The notes below the pieces were generated by a model that ran no database searches, was not told the DNA's origin, and worked only from the letters and a program-made list of their open reading frames with translations. Made by a program: the position numbers and the translations under genes. DNA of 63,725 nucleotides, filler included, from Octopus bimaculoides (Eukaryota): assembly GCF_001194135.2 (NCBI RefSeq). It is 6 parts of 5 records of this genome, joined end to end, with 100 filler letters (N's around TTAATTAATTAA, not from the genome) between each part and the next. Parts side by side here need not be neighbours in the genome. Positions count along the whole stretch, not along the records: positions 26,310 to 39,796 come from NC_069002.1; 5 more parts are not named here. One strand, 5' to 3'. This document shows positions 26,310 through 38,870 of this stretch, piece by piece (the stretch's first letter is position 1; the number at the start of each line of letters is the position of its first letter).

Positions 26310-28405
26310 CTTCGAGCGGAATTCGGACGTACGTGCGTTCGTTTGGCTTCCCTCTGCACCGTTCGAGCGGAATTCGAACGTACGTGCGTCCGTTCGGCTT
26401 CCCTCTGCACCGTTCGTTGTTCCTTTCATTCGTTCGTACGTACGTACGTTGTTTCGTTTGCTCGATCGTTCTTTCGTTCGTTCGTTTTCTTTCGTTTGTT
26501 TGTTTCGTTCGATCGTTCGTTCGTTTGTTACGTTCTTCCGTACTTACGTTCGATCGTTCGTACGTACGTTGTTATGTAGGTACGTACGTACGTTCGTTTG
26601 TTCGTTCGTACATACGTACGTACGTTCGTCCCTTCGATCGTTCGTTCTTTCTTTCGTTTGATTGTTCGTTCGTACGTACTTTCTTACGTTCGTTCTTTCC
26701 TTTGTTCGTACGTACTTACTTACGTACGTACATTCATTTTTTCGTTTGTTCCTAACGTACGTTCGTTCGTTCTTTCGGACGTACGTACGTTCGTTCGTAC
26801 TTTCTTTCGGACGTACGTACGTTCTTTCGTACGTACGTATGTTCCTTCGTTCGGTCGTTCGTACGTATGTTCGTTGGTTCGTTCTTACGTACGTTCATTC
26901 CTTCGTACGCACGTACGTTCGTTCTTTCGGACATACGTACGTATGTTCATTTGCGTGTTCGTTCATTCGTTGGTTTGTTCAATTGTTCTTTCGTTCGTTC
27001 GTTCGTTAAATCATTCGTACGTACGTTCGTCCGTTTCTTTGTTCGTTCGTTCATTTTTTCCATCGTTCGTTCGTTCGTAAGTACGTACTTACGCACAGTT
27101 ACCTACGTACATTCGCTGCTCGTTCGTTAGTTCTTTCGTTTGTATGTACGTACTACGTACTTTCATTCTTTAGGCCGTTCGTTTGTTTGTACGTACGTGC
27201 GTTCAATCGTTCTTTGTTCGTTCGTACGTACGTACGCTTGTTTGTTTGTTAGTACGTACGTACATTTATTCTGTAATTCGTTCCTTCGATTTTTCTTTCG
27301 TTCATTCCTTCGTTAATTCTTACGTACGTACGTTCATTCGTTGTATCGTTCTATCATTGGTTCATTCGTACGTATGTACGTTCGTTCGTACGCACATACG
27401 TTCGTCCTTTCATTCATTCGTACATACGTTCATTTGTTCGTTCGTACATATGTACGTTCATTTATTCGTTCGTTCGTTTGTCTGTTCTTACGTACGTTCG
27501 TTCGTCTCTTATTGTTTCATTCGTTCGTACATTAGTTCGTTCGTTTTTATTTACGTACGTTCTTTCGTTAGTTCGTACCTACTTACGTACGTTCGTTCAT
27601 TCTGTCTTTCGTTCGTATTTACGTAGGTACGTACGTACTTACGTATATTCATTCGTTCGTTTCTTTCTTCCGTACGTACGTTCTTTCGTATGTAGGTTCG
27701 TTTGTTCGTCTCTTCTTTCGTTCGTACGTATGTTCGTTCTTTCATTCGTTCGTTTGTACTTACGTAGGTTCGTACGTACGTTTGTTCATACTTTCCTTTG
27801 TTCGTTCGTTGTTCTGTACGTATGTTCGTCCGTTCCTACGTACGTACTTTCATTAATTCGTTCGTTCGTTCATTCGTAATGACGTTCGTACTTACGTAAG
27901 TACGTACGTTCTTTCTTTCGTTTGTTCGTTCGTACTTACGTACGTACCTTCGTTCGTTCGAACTTGCGTACATACGTTCGTTCTTTCGTACGTACGTTCA
28001 TTTAATCGTTCGTTCATTCTTACCTATGTACGTACGTTCGTTCCTTAATTTCGGTCGTTCGTTCGTTTGTTTGTTTGATCTTTCTTTCGTAGGTACCTAC
28101 GTTGGGACGTACGTTCGTTCGTTCATTTGTACGTAGGTACGTTCGTAAGCACGTAGTTCATTCTTTCGTTCGTTTGTTTTATGTACGTACCTTCGTTCGT
28201 TTGCTCATTCGTACGTACGCACATACGTTCGTTCGTTAATACGTGTGTACCTACGTTCGTTCGTTCATTCGTACTTACGTACGTACATACGTTCGTTCGT
28301 ACGTACGTTAATACGTACGTTCGTTCGTTCGGTCGTTGTTACGTACGTACGTACGTTCTTTCTTTCTTTCTTTCGTTCGTTCGTACGTACTTAATTTCGT
28401 TCATA
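26310..28405. repeat. ~2.1-kb CpG-rich tetranucleotide satellite built from TTCG/TACG and variants, headed by two 51-bp units
   Basis: Continuous mosaic of ttcg, tacg, ttca, tttg, taca, tatg and ttct. The 51-bp units lie at 26311-26361 and 26362-26412. Confidence 0.95.
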
Positions 28406-30018
28406 CTTTCCAGTTTTTTTTCCAGGAATCTAAAAAAAAAAAGTAAATAAATAAAACCTTTCTCATCGCTTAGAGCCCCAAATCAGCTGATGAAAGGGGT
28501 CTATAACCAAAGGAATTCCCAACCATGACCACAATAGCTTCTTTTTAAAGATATGACAGTTATATGATTGAAAAGCCTGCTACATAACAAAATAAAATAA
28601 ATGAAAAATGTATGAGAGCCCAGTGAAATGTTGAGTGGTAGATATATTCATCACCTGGTCCTTGTAGTCCTTGGTCTGAATGCTTGCAATTCAGACCAAG
28701 GGCTCTGGTGTCTCCTTTTTCACAGATTAGATCAAATTTCAAGATCCTGCAAAAGAAATGTCTTGCTTGCTGCTCTTCCTCCTCTACATAGTTCTTAAAA
28801 AAGTGTCCCCTTTTTAAGACACTATGATCTGATTTGAGATTGATATCGCTACTACTACTAGCAGGTTAAGCAACCATGAAGATACTTCCTTGCTAGTTTG
28901 TAGTTGCAGTTTCAAGTTTGCCATGACTGAGCAAAACCTAAGAGCACAGACATATTCACAGTGCCTTCCTTTATTTCTTCTTACGATGATAGGATATGTT
29001 TCAATCTTTGAGCTACCATATCTCTATCAAAAATGTTATCTTTGTTTCATTTAATTTTTAAAATAATGAATCTAAAATGTCACTATTGTGCTGGTGCCTG
29101 GAACATAATTTTAACATGAAATTTCGATGGCAAATCACTTTAAAACAGGACATTTATATCATAGAATCAAGAGCAGTCTCAGATGGGTTGGGATCAAAAG
29201 AGATTTGGCTACTAATTTTAGCAGCGCATCTTGTTCCTTCGTTTCTCCATATTGTTAGGATGCTGAAAGACACTTTAGAGAACATCTATGACAATGATTA
29301 ATTATAAAAGAATTGAAATAAAATACTCAGAAAGGCAAGTAAATTTTAATATCATTCCAATCAGTTTGGAATTTACTCAATAAAGAAACACAAAAACTGT
29401 TTCCTTATATGGTCAAGTTTGTCAATTTCGCACATAGCAAAGTTTCAACATCAGAACAAAAACAAAACAAAAAATAACTATTAATAAAAACAAAGCATTT
29501 AGTGACAAGACATAAGGAAACATTGATGACTTATGTGAAAAGCATGCCAGTTCATAGTATAAATTAATGAAATCTTCAGGGTACTTTGTTCTGATATCAG
29601 TTGATTTCAGGGGGAAATGCTATAGACCTCCTTTCCCAGAACCGGGATAGTATTAGTTCTTTACGGAATGAATGAGAAAACCAATTAGAAAAATAAGCAG
29701 AATTTTCCTAAATAGAGCAAGATTTTGACACTGGCATTGGAGAGTTGAGTGAGAAAGATAGTAATATGTTCTTGTGTAGAATTACAAGGAAAGGAAGAGA
29801 AGAAATTATCTGGTAAACTATGGAGGCCAATGTATCTAATAGAGTTGAAATAAAATCTTAATATTCAAACAATTTTCAACTTTAATCTTAAATTTTGAAA
29901 ATTTATTTTACTATTTTATTAAAACTGTCGATTATATTTGCATCATTAATAAAACTGGTAAGTCACCTTAATTTGCAAAGATAATATAAACATTAATTTA
30001 AAACATTAACAACATGCT

Positions 30019-31221
30019 CTACTGGAAAGCTTGCCATGATTTCGGTTGAGGAGAGGGAGTTCGGCTTTTACCCCGATGAAGGTCAACAAGATCAGCAAAG
30101 AGGTCAGTTGAGCCGGGTCTTTGAGTTGTATCAACTTCAATTGTACGTTGTTGACTGATGTGACTATAATCTCTTGTATTTGCTGATTTACATCTGAGTT
30201 GTGGAGAAGATGAAGTAGAAGAAGGATGAAGAGGGGCTAGGAAAAAAGGAGAAGTGGGGACAGCTGAAACAGAGGATCGAGAGGTCAATGTAGGGGGAAC
30301 AGTTGAAATACAATTGTAAGAGGTCTTTTTATGAAAGTCCCAATCTCGCAACAATTCTTCTTCATCAGAGGGCACTGCCTTTGAAGATTCTGCTTGACTG
30401 GAGTTAACCTCCACAGCATCAGGATTGGTAAGAGGGTCAAACATTGAAGTAGGGTCACTGGATTTCACCCTATCAGCTCTATTGTCAACAACCTCAGGGG
30501 GCTCTGAAGTAATATTAAGGGAATTTTGCTTGGCACGACGGAATGCTGGTGTTCGGGAAATAGATGTACCACCTACTTTTCGTCGAAAATTTATTTTTTC
30601 AGGGGGTCCTTCTAAAGCTATTGTTGTTGAAGCAGCCTCTGGTCCAGCCAGAGAGGGGCTTTGTAAATTATCTTGAAAGGGGTCAAATGAAATACTTTCC
30701 TCAAATTTCATAAAATCTGAATCTGCCCTTTTCCCTCGAGGTGGTAACATGGGAGCAAAGTCATCTTGAAAAAATGCTACAGTACTTGCAACTGCCTTAG
30801 CAGAGGGCCGAGGAGGAACTGCAGGAGCCTTTGGTGCACTACTGTTAACTGTGGTACTGCTCACATCATGCTCCTTCTCTTGAATGTTGTCTTTTGTTGC
30901 AGTGACATTAGAAGATGGTTGAGGATAGAGATGAGGAGGAGGAGGAGGACTATGATTTATGTCTGGAGGCTTTTTCTCAGGAGAATCAAAAGATTGCCAT
31001 TGGTCAATGCTCCCAACAGGAGCAGATTCTTCCATTGAGAACAAAGTGGTATTTGATGGAGATGACCATTGTCGACTGACTGTAGTAGGTAAGGATTTTT
31101 TCCCAGCACTGGGTAACTCCACTGATTCATCAATTGTGGTCAGGTCCAAATATGAAAATTGGGCTCCTTCCGATGGAGTACCACTTCCACTGTCAAGTGA
31201 TGACAAATCACTTTCTTCTCT
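30019..31221 (-). CDS. DENND1: Terminal coding exon of a probable DENND1/connecdenn-like protein (low-complexity tail with AP-2/clathrin-binding motifs)
   Basis: 400-codon open frame after a strong acceptor (ttttcctctttgtttccag|AGA, phase 0). It contains FQDDF (FxDxF), DPF, WQSF and a C-terminal WQAFQ* (compare DENND1A ...WETFE*), plus Pro-rich PPRP segments. Confidence 0.7.
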   Translation of the reverse strand, partial: REESDLSSLDSGSGTPSEGAQFSYLDLTTIDESVELPSAGKKSLPTTVSRQWSSPSNTTLFSMEESAPVGSIDQWQSFDSPEKKPPDINHSPPPPPHLYPQPSSNVTATKDNIQEKEHDVSSTTVNSSAPKAPAVPPRPSAKAVASTVAFFQDDFAPMLPPRGKRADSDFMKFEESISFDPFQDNLQSPSLAGPEAASTTIALEGPPEKINFRRKVGGTSISRTPAFRRAKQNSLNITSEPPEVVDNRADRVKSSDPTSMFDPLTNPDAVEVNSSQAESSKAVPSDEEELLRDWDFHKKTSYNCISTVPPTLTSRSSVSAVPTSPFFLAPLHPSSTSSSPQLRCKSANTRDYSHISQQRTIEVDTTQRPGSTDLFADLVDLHRGKSRTPSPQPKSWQAFQ

Positions 31222-33002
31222 CTGGAAACAAAGAGGAAAATGAAAAAAAAAAAAAAAAGAATGATGAAACTAAAGAAATATATATAACAACAAAAAGAAA
31301 TTGGTGTTTTAAGTTATTTCTGTCTTTGAAGAGGAACTATTGACTAAAAACTGATAATTGAAAAAAATTGTGCTGACATATTTAATGCTGGAAACAGCAA
31401 AAAGTTAACTGGAAATAATAATATAAAATTAGTCAATGATTAATATCGTTTTCACTGATCTGACAAGTACAAGAGATGACTCTCTTCAGTCTTATTCTGA
31501 CCTCGTCAGCAAAGTAAGACTTTATCATGTTTGCTGAAGTAGTGATATTAAGAATCACCAAATAGTTGTTGATGTAAGACACCAGAATTGTTGAGAGATT
31601 TAATAATTCAAAATATTATTGATATGGTTGGGGAGGTGGATGCTCTGTCAAAACATTGTCATTATTTTATAGTCATAACAATGAAAGATTCTTTTATTGA
31701 TCAACTATTGTTTGAGGCTGACACTTTCCAACTGATTGGAGACAAGAATTAGTTTTCAACACAAAATCGGAAATAAAACCATTTTAACTTCTTGATATTA
31801 AGATTACACAGGTTAAATGGGACCCAAACAAATCTAAAACAAAGGAGCTGTAATCAACCATGTCCCAATTTCAGACCCAGATTTTTTTTTTTTTTTATCT
31901 CTCCTTCATGTACTTATTCCAGAGACTGAAGCAATCACTGCACATATCAAAACAATTTTATATTTACCTCTATACCCTTAGATAACACACAAATCCTACA
32001 AAACTGTGGGGTTCCTTGTATGAATGAAATTCCATAACATATCTGATTTTAATATCAATCTTTCATGTTTTATGAGAAATGGCTGGAAAGGGGGTACATA
32101 TAGACTATATGGAGTCCAATTATATGGTTTTGGCTGGCATACCAGGAGTGTCCAGAACCTCAAAATCACTGCAAATAAGAAGCCAGACTATTACTGATGA
32201 CATTTTCTGACAGGTGATGTAATATGCACAACACAAATGAACATTTGTTTTTAACTACAAACTACATTCCAGAGACTAGTTGTCTTTCTCTTCGGTGACA
32301 GAAAATACTTCACTCTGAAAAGCTTGCAGACTCTCAAATAATAAAAATAAAACTTCCTCAGGTATGGGCTACTACCACTAACTGTTCCCATATCTGATAT
32401 GGTGTCGTCACTGCTATGCAAACAGTATAGACTGTATCCAAAAGAAAGCCAGCAGGTTGGCAAATGACTCCCATCATCACACTACAAACATCAGATGGAG
32501 TCCACAGATATGTTTTCTCCTCTCTCTACTTTTTCTCCCACCACCAACACTGCTGCTTCTATTCCTCAGAGCTAGCTAGTTGCATATTACTTCCACCCAT
32601 GCCTTCCTACCTCTCGTCTGCATATTGCATCTTCCCACTCAGGGGCCCACACAAGTCCAAAACCACTATGTTTAATTCTTCCAATCTACTTTTACCTGCT
32701 TCAGTTATTAGACTGTCTTGAAGAATTTTTAGTCGAATATATCAACCCCAGTACTTATTTTTTCAAAACCTGGTACATATTCTATCAGTTCTTTTGCCAA
32801 ACCACTAAGTTATAGAGATGTAAACACAACAACACCAGTTGTCAAACAGTGGTAGGTGGGGACAATCACAGAAACAGAAGTACATCTCTATAGATATAAA
32901 AGAGAGATTCTGTCTGTTTGTGTTTTTATGTCCTCCAAAATGAAAGTAAATGGTTCAAGGGAAACTATTATGCTTCTTCTTATCTTATATCTTATTTATA
33001 TA

Positions 33003-33770
33003 TATCATCATCGTTTAACATCCGCTTTCCATGCTAGCATGGGTTGGACGATTTGACTGAGGACTGGTGAACCAGATGGCTACGCCAGGCTCCAATCTGA
33101 TCTGGCAGAGTTTCTACAGCTGGATGCCCTTCCTAACGCCAACCACTCCGAGAGTGTAGTGGGTTCTTTTACGTGCCACCGGCATGAAGGCCAGTCAGGC
33201 GGTACTGGCAATGGCCACGCTCAAAATGGTGTATTTTATCTGCCACCCACCCGCACAAGAGCCAGTCCAGGGGCACTGGCAACGACTTCGCTCGAAAGTC
33301 CTTACACATGCCACGGGCACAAGTGCCAGAAAGGCGACGCTGGGCACAGGTGCCATCAAGGTCTTCGCAAGCTGAGTTTCGTGTCCAATGAAGGAGACAA
33401 CGTTGGCATGGGTGCCAGTCATCGAATTTAGTTCGGTTTCGGTTTCACTTGCCTCAACAGGTCTTCGCAAGCGGAATTTAGTGTCCAATGAAGGAAAGGT
33501 ACGCATAAGTGGGCTGGCTACACCCCTGGCAGAGGCCTTAGATTTAGGTCTCACTTGGCTTGCCGGGTCTTCTCATGCACAGCATATTTGCAAAGGTCTC
33601 GGCCAGAAGTCATCACCTCGATGAGGCCCAATGTTCAAAGGTCTTGCCTCACCACCTCATCCCAGGTCTTCCTGGGCCTACCTCTTCTACGGGTTCCCTC
33701 AACTGCTAGGGTGTGGCACTTTTTCACGCAGCTATCCTCGTCCATTCTCGCCACATGTCCATACCAGCGC
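33003..33770 (-). mobile_element. RTE-clade LINE 3' end (ORF2 C-terminus, 3' UTR, (CAT)n tail)
   Basis: LRWYGHVARMDEDSCVKKCHTLAVEGTRRRGRPRKTWDEVVRQDL, ending at catcatcatcgtttaac. Confidence 0.85.
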
Positions 33771-33829
33771 AAGAGAGATTCTGTGTTTGTTTGTTCGTCC
33801 ACCAAAATGAAAGTATGGTTCAAGGAAAG

Positions 33830-33864
<35 letters not shown>

Positions 33865-33944
33865 AATTCTGTCCATCAGTGTGTTTGTTTGTCCACCAAA
33901 ACGAAAGTAAATGGTTCAAGGGAAGCTATTGCGCTTTTTCTATA

Positions 33945-34100
33945 TCTATAATGCTATTGCCTGATATGTCTCAACAAAAATTATGCAATGATACAACACT
34001 AATTGTGCGCAACTGCATTGAGGCAAATATTCACACTGGTTGTAGTAAAGGTGACACCGTCGTTGTTCCTTGCATACCTGTTATACACATACCTTGTGTG
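33945..34100 (+). mobile_element. Helitron RepHel PIF1-helicase fragment
   Basis: IMLLPDMSQQKLCNDTTLIVRNCIEANIHTGCSKGDTVVVPCIP matches the recalled IMLLRNL..LCNGTRL..IEA.I.TG..G..VFIPRIP segment. Confidence 0.7.
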
Positions 34101-34149
34101 TATTTGGTAGAGAGAAACTGAAATAAGCCCAGCATGTATATACGTATAT

Positions 34150-34805
34150 ACTAGCAGTTATACCCATCATATTACTGCTAGTGTCCCATTCCAATTTAAG
34201 CCGTTAGTTTCCTATCCCACTTTCTTTTGCCATGAGCATTAATAAAACACAGGGCCCAACACTAAAAGTCGGTGGATAGCAACTTGAAGAACAAACAGAA
34301 GTTCATATATGAAATCCATCTTTTTTCTACTTCAATTATTACATGTTTTTCTCTTATATAATACACACGTACAGAACAAGTAAACCTAAATTTGTAGTCA
34401 TAGTTTTACTCTGGTTCGGATTCGAAATTGAATCTTTCAATTCTCCTTGGGAATATGGCCTATTCAAATGTCAAAAGAAACTGTGACAAATGGGTCTCCC
34501 ACTTCACCTGTGGCCTTCTCAGTGCCATCGCACAGTCACCTGGATTCCATACAGCTATTCTATATGATATACCTATTCTTCCAGCTTCATTTACGTTCAG
34601 ACTGAATCTTTTAATTCTCCTTTGGCATACTGCTTATTCAAACGTCAAAAGGAATAGTGACAAATGGATCTTCCTTTTCAACACCATTGCAGTAACCTGG
34701 ATTCCGTAAAGCTATTCTTCTATATGATATGCCCATTTTTCTAACTTCTTGGCCTGAGAAACAGTAAAAGTAATTACCCGATCAACGTTGGGTATTACTG
34801 CTAGT
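34150..34805 (+). mobile_element. Non-autonomous Helitron/Helentron-like element containing a ~173-bp diverged tandem duplication
   Basis: The 3' end cccgatcaacgttggg (hairpin) + tattactgCTAGt ends at 34804-34805. Short inverted repeats actagcagt (34150) and actgctagt (34174, 34797). Internal units start at ~34428 and ~34601. Confidence 0.55.
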
Positions 34806-35451
34806 GTATACATATATACATGATGGGCTTAATTCAGTTTCTGTCTACCAACTCCACACACAAGGCCTTGTTCAGCCCAAGGTAACATGCAGTGGAACTG
34901 AACGTCAAAATATGTGGTTGGGAAGAGAGCTTCTTTCTATACAGTCATGCCTGCGCCTATGTACGTAAAAATTAAAAGTTGACACAAGGTTATGAGCTAA
35001 TTAAGCCATAGCATAATCCCATTTTTGAAGCATTTAAGTGATAGAATACATGATACCCTACTAGAGGAGATGCCAGTCCATTGTAGACTTAACCCTTTAC
35101 CTACTCCACACCAGTTGCTGCTAGGACTTGTTTTCAGCTGGGTGGATAGCAGCAACATGAAATAAAGTGCCAAAAAGCTCAGAAACTCAACAAGCCAGTC
35201 AGTTAGGGAACTGAACTCACAATTTTGCAATTCTTAGCCAAACAACCATAACACCAAGTGAGGTACAGGATATGATGAAGGTCATTACCACTTGAGTAAA
35301 TCGTTAAAACAAAAACTTTATTTAAAAACCAATTTGATTCCTGATAATGGCTCTTTACCTTTTTACAAAGAGATTTTCTTGTTTAAATTTCTAAAGAATA
35401 TGGCATTGCAGGAAGTGATCAAAGTGTTTGTTTAAAGTAAAGTTGACTTAC

Positions 35452-35608
35452 AGGATGAGTGATTTCTTCAAGACTAACAGACTTGCGGATGGCATTCTGA
35501 ATATCAGGATCGTCCAGAAGGTTAATGCCAACCCTCTGGCTGCGTAACAAGTCAAAGTCATCAGATGTCTTGTCTTCAACATTGATTAGCCGATAATGTT
35601 TAGAACGG
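35452..35608 (-). CDS. DENND1: Penultimate coding exon of the DENND1-like gene
   Basis: Acceptor ctcctcttctcttcttcctcag|C (phase 2) and donor CCT|GTAAGT (phase 0, matching the terminal exon). It encodes RSKHYRLINV...GINLLDDPDIQNAIRKSVSLEEITHP, similar to the recalled DENND1A SIDLLEDV...AKSLEDL. Confidence 0.75.
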
Positions 35609-36384
35609 CTGAGGAAGAAGAGAAGAGGAGCAATAAGAGTAAATAAAATATATACAAAGACTTGTAACATTGGCACAAAGTCACAAATTGTTGGAAGGGG
35701 TTTAGTCAGTTCTATCAACTTCTGTATTTGTCATAGATTTTATTGAATTGATTATGAAAAGAAGAAAAACAAAGTTAGGATCGATGGGAATAACCTAGCC
35801 ACAAGGCCAGAAAGGTTTAGTTAGCTAACATTAGAATTTCAATGACACTTTATCTACCATAGAGGTTGAAAGGCTATGCTGACATAGGCGAGGTTTCAAC
35901 TCAGAATGTAAAAGAGTTGAAACAGACACAAAGCATTGTACTGCTAACCCATCACCCTTTTAATAACAATTTCTAATTTACATGCAAGGCTAGTAATTTC
36001 AAGGGAGAGGATGAGCTGAATTACACTTACTCCAGTACTTAACTGGTAGTCTCTTTTACTGACTCTAAAAGTATGAAAGGCAAAAAAGCTTGAACAAATA
36101 TTGTAAGGCATTTTGTCCTCCAATGCTTAAATATTCTGCCAATAGAAACTAAAGAGACAACAAATACTGCAAACCTTTCCTTTCAAAGCTCTAACAATTC
36201 TATCAATTTGCTTCCTAATAATAATAATTATAATGGTTTAAAATTTTGGGGGAGGGGATTGATTATATTGACCCATGCACAACTGGTACTTATTTTATTG
36301 ACCCAGAAATGATGAAAGGCAGTCAACCTCAGTAACATGTGAATTCAAAATATGAAATCAGAAGAAATGCCCAAAACATTTTGT

Positions 36385-37890
36385 TTGATGTAGCACCAAT
36401 TGAGCCACTGTTTAGGAGTGGCACTTCTTCACACAGCTCTCCTCATCCATCCATAGTACACGACCATACCAATGCAAACGTCTCTCTTGCATGCCACATC
36501 CGATGCTTCCTATGTCCAACATTTCTCTCAGGGCACTTACACTCTGTCGTGTGTGTACACTGACATTACACATCCAGCGGATCATGCTAGCTTCATTTCT
36601 TTTGAGCCTATGCATGTCCTCTGCAGTCATGGCCCATGTTTCACTCCAGTGAAGCATGGCTGTTTGCACACATGCATCATACAATCTACCTTTCACTCTG
36701 AGCGAGAGGCCCTTTGTCACCAGTCCCTACTGGTTAGAAAGCTTTCTGAGCTTTGCCCAAGCTATTCTTATTCTAGTGGTAACATTCTCTGAGCATCTAC
36801 CCCCCCCCCCCNNNNNNNNNNNNNCCCCAATACAGACTTGGGTACTTAGGTAGCGGAAGCTATCAACTACTTCTAGTTTCTCCCCTTGGCATGTGATGGA
36901 ATCTGTTTTCTGAGCATCTGTGGTGCTTATTGCCCCTGTGCATCTGCCGCACATCAAAGCTATCTTCCAGGTTAATCTTCCTTTGATGTTGCTGCACCTC
37001 TTATGTGTCCATAGCTTACACTGGGTACATCTTTTCTACAGATCGAGCAGGGCCATCTACCTGAAGGGGTATGTGATGTGTTCACCTTCCTACTTACTAG
37101 GACTTTGGTTTTTGCGACATTGACTCTAAAGCCCTTCAATTCTAAACCTTGCTTCCACACCTGAAATTTCTTTTCTAGTTCTGGTAGTGATTCTGCTATG
37201 AGGGCCAGGTGATCAGCATAGAAGAGCTCCCAGAGGCAACCTGTTTTGAATTCCTCTGTTATTGCCTGAAGGACTATGATGAATAAGAGGGGGCTGAAGG
37301 CTGATCATTGGTGGACCCCTACTTCTACCCGAAATTCTTCACTATAATTATTGCCAACCCTAACCTTACTAACGGCATCTCTGTTTAGGGCTTGTACAGC
37401 CCATATTAGCCATTTGTCAATTCCCAGTTTCCACATCACCCACTAGATAAGGGATCAGAGGACCCTATCAAAGGCTGTCTCTAAGTCCACAAAAGCCAAG
37501 TATAGGGGTTTATCTTTGCTTAGGTATTTCTCCTGCAGTTACTGTACCAGGAATATAGCATCAGTGGTGCTTCTACCTGGCACAAAACCGAACTGCATCT
37601 CATCTAAGCAGACTTTCTCCCTAATTAGTTAGACTATGACCTTCTCCTTAACCTTCATCACCTGATCCAGCAGTTTGATACCCCTGTAGTTATTTCTATC
37701 TAAAGTATCACTTTTACTCTTGTAGCAGTTGACTATGGTGCTGCTATGCCAGTCATTGGGTATGACTCCATCATGAACTACCTAGTTTACAATATGGGTG
37801 ACTAGGCTATAGCCCACACTACCAGATGTTTTAAGCATCTCAGCAGTGATTCCTGATGGGCCGGGGGCTTTTCCTGGCTTCATACTCTTA
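36385..37890 (-). mobile_element. RTE-clade LINE ORF2 remnant (reverse transcriptase to C-terminus), multiple lesions
   Basis: GVHQ*SAFSPLLFIIVLQAITEEFKTGCLWELFYADHLAL (YADD-like); GRLYDACVQTAMLHWSETW..MIRWMC..LHWYGRVLWMDEESCVKKC. Confidence 0.9.
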
Positions 37891-38559
37891 ATCTTCTACA
37901 CAATTTCTGTCAACTAAATTTCTCTCACAACATTTTGATTAACCCAAGGCTATGGTAGAAGATAATTGCCCAAGATATTGCACAATGGGACTGAACCCAG
38001 AACAACATGCTTGAGGAGTAAACTTCTTAACTACGCAATCATATCTGCACACCACATGTAGCTACTTATGAATCTAACACTCCTTCAGTCAATAAGCAGA
38101 AAAATGCTGACATTAATAGGCGTCTTCATTTAATTTAGCTTTAAAAGTCACACTGCATAAATATATATTCTGATAAGTGTATATATCATAACAAAAAAGT
38201 GTGCGTGTGTGTGTGTGTGTGTGCGTGTGTGTGTGTGGTCTACCCTTGCCCAAAGCACTATAAATAACAGTAAATTTCTAGATTGTTGCTGCTGCTGTTT
38301 AGTCTCAGGTTAACTATACTGAGCAGGCCTTTGATAGCAGACAGTCCAATCATGACTATCATTTTTCTTTTTAATAAAATGAATTTAAGACTAAATTCTT
38401 CAATGTGGTATTATTTAAAGCAGCTAATCAAGATTCTAAGTATATTTTGATGTAGCATTGAGCATTCCAGGTGACTGCATGGAAATTCTTTCTTTTGTTT
38501 ATAACCAGATGAAACTATAGTAACATACAAATACTTGCACTACAGGTAATCAATGTATG

Positions 38560-38870
38560 AAGCATAGACATTGCAATATTGAGCCTATTGTAAGGCCCAC
38601 AATAGATTACTCTGCTCCCATATCTGGAATGGCATTGCTGTTATACACCACAAGTCGACATTCTGGGCTTTATCCAGCTGGATTACTTGACTTGACTTAT
38701 TGGCATTCAATCACTAGCAGACATGCTGCAACCTCGACCTCGCAAGCACGCCACCTTCTCTCTGTGTCTTTCTTGGAATTACTATGATGGCCACTGTCCG
38801 CCACAGCTGGCAAGTCTCCTATCCCCCGCACTCAAGCACCCTCAGCCGACTCAGCTCTTCACAATGATGT
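38560..38870 (+). mobile_element. CR1/L2/Jockey-like LINE ORF2 C-terminal fragment
   Basis: VRPTIDYSAPI and, in another frame, LQPRPRKHATFSLCLSWNYYDGHCPPQLASLL. Confidence 0.6.

Noticed and set aside
26310-28405. Satellite as an A-to-I hyper-edited, retro-inserted (TTCA/TACA)n transcript
   Set aside because: The A in TAC, a preferred ADAR context, is retained while only the post-C position varies. CpG decay from TWCG explains the variants better.
26333-28450. ORFs up to 160 aa of SFVRTYVR repeats in the satellite
   Set aside because: They occur in all frames, are broken at random and follow from the 4-nt period; no splice signals or start context.
30425-31343. Plus-strand ORFs (83-94 aa) over the long exon
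   Set aside because: Antisense shadows of the DENND1-like coding exon.
32340-32415. Possible extra exon (SSDDTISDMGTVSGSSPY) in the last DENND1-like intron
   Set aside because: No convincing donor, and the flanking exons already join in phase 0.
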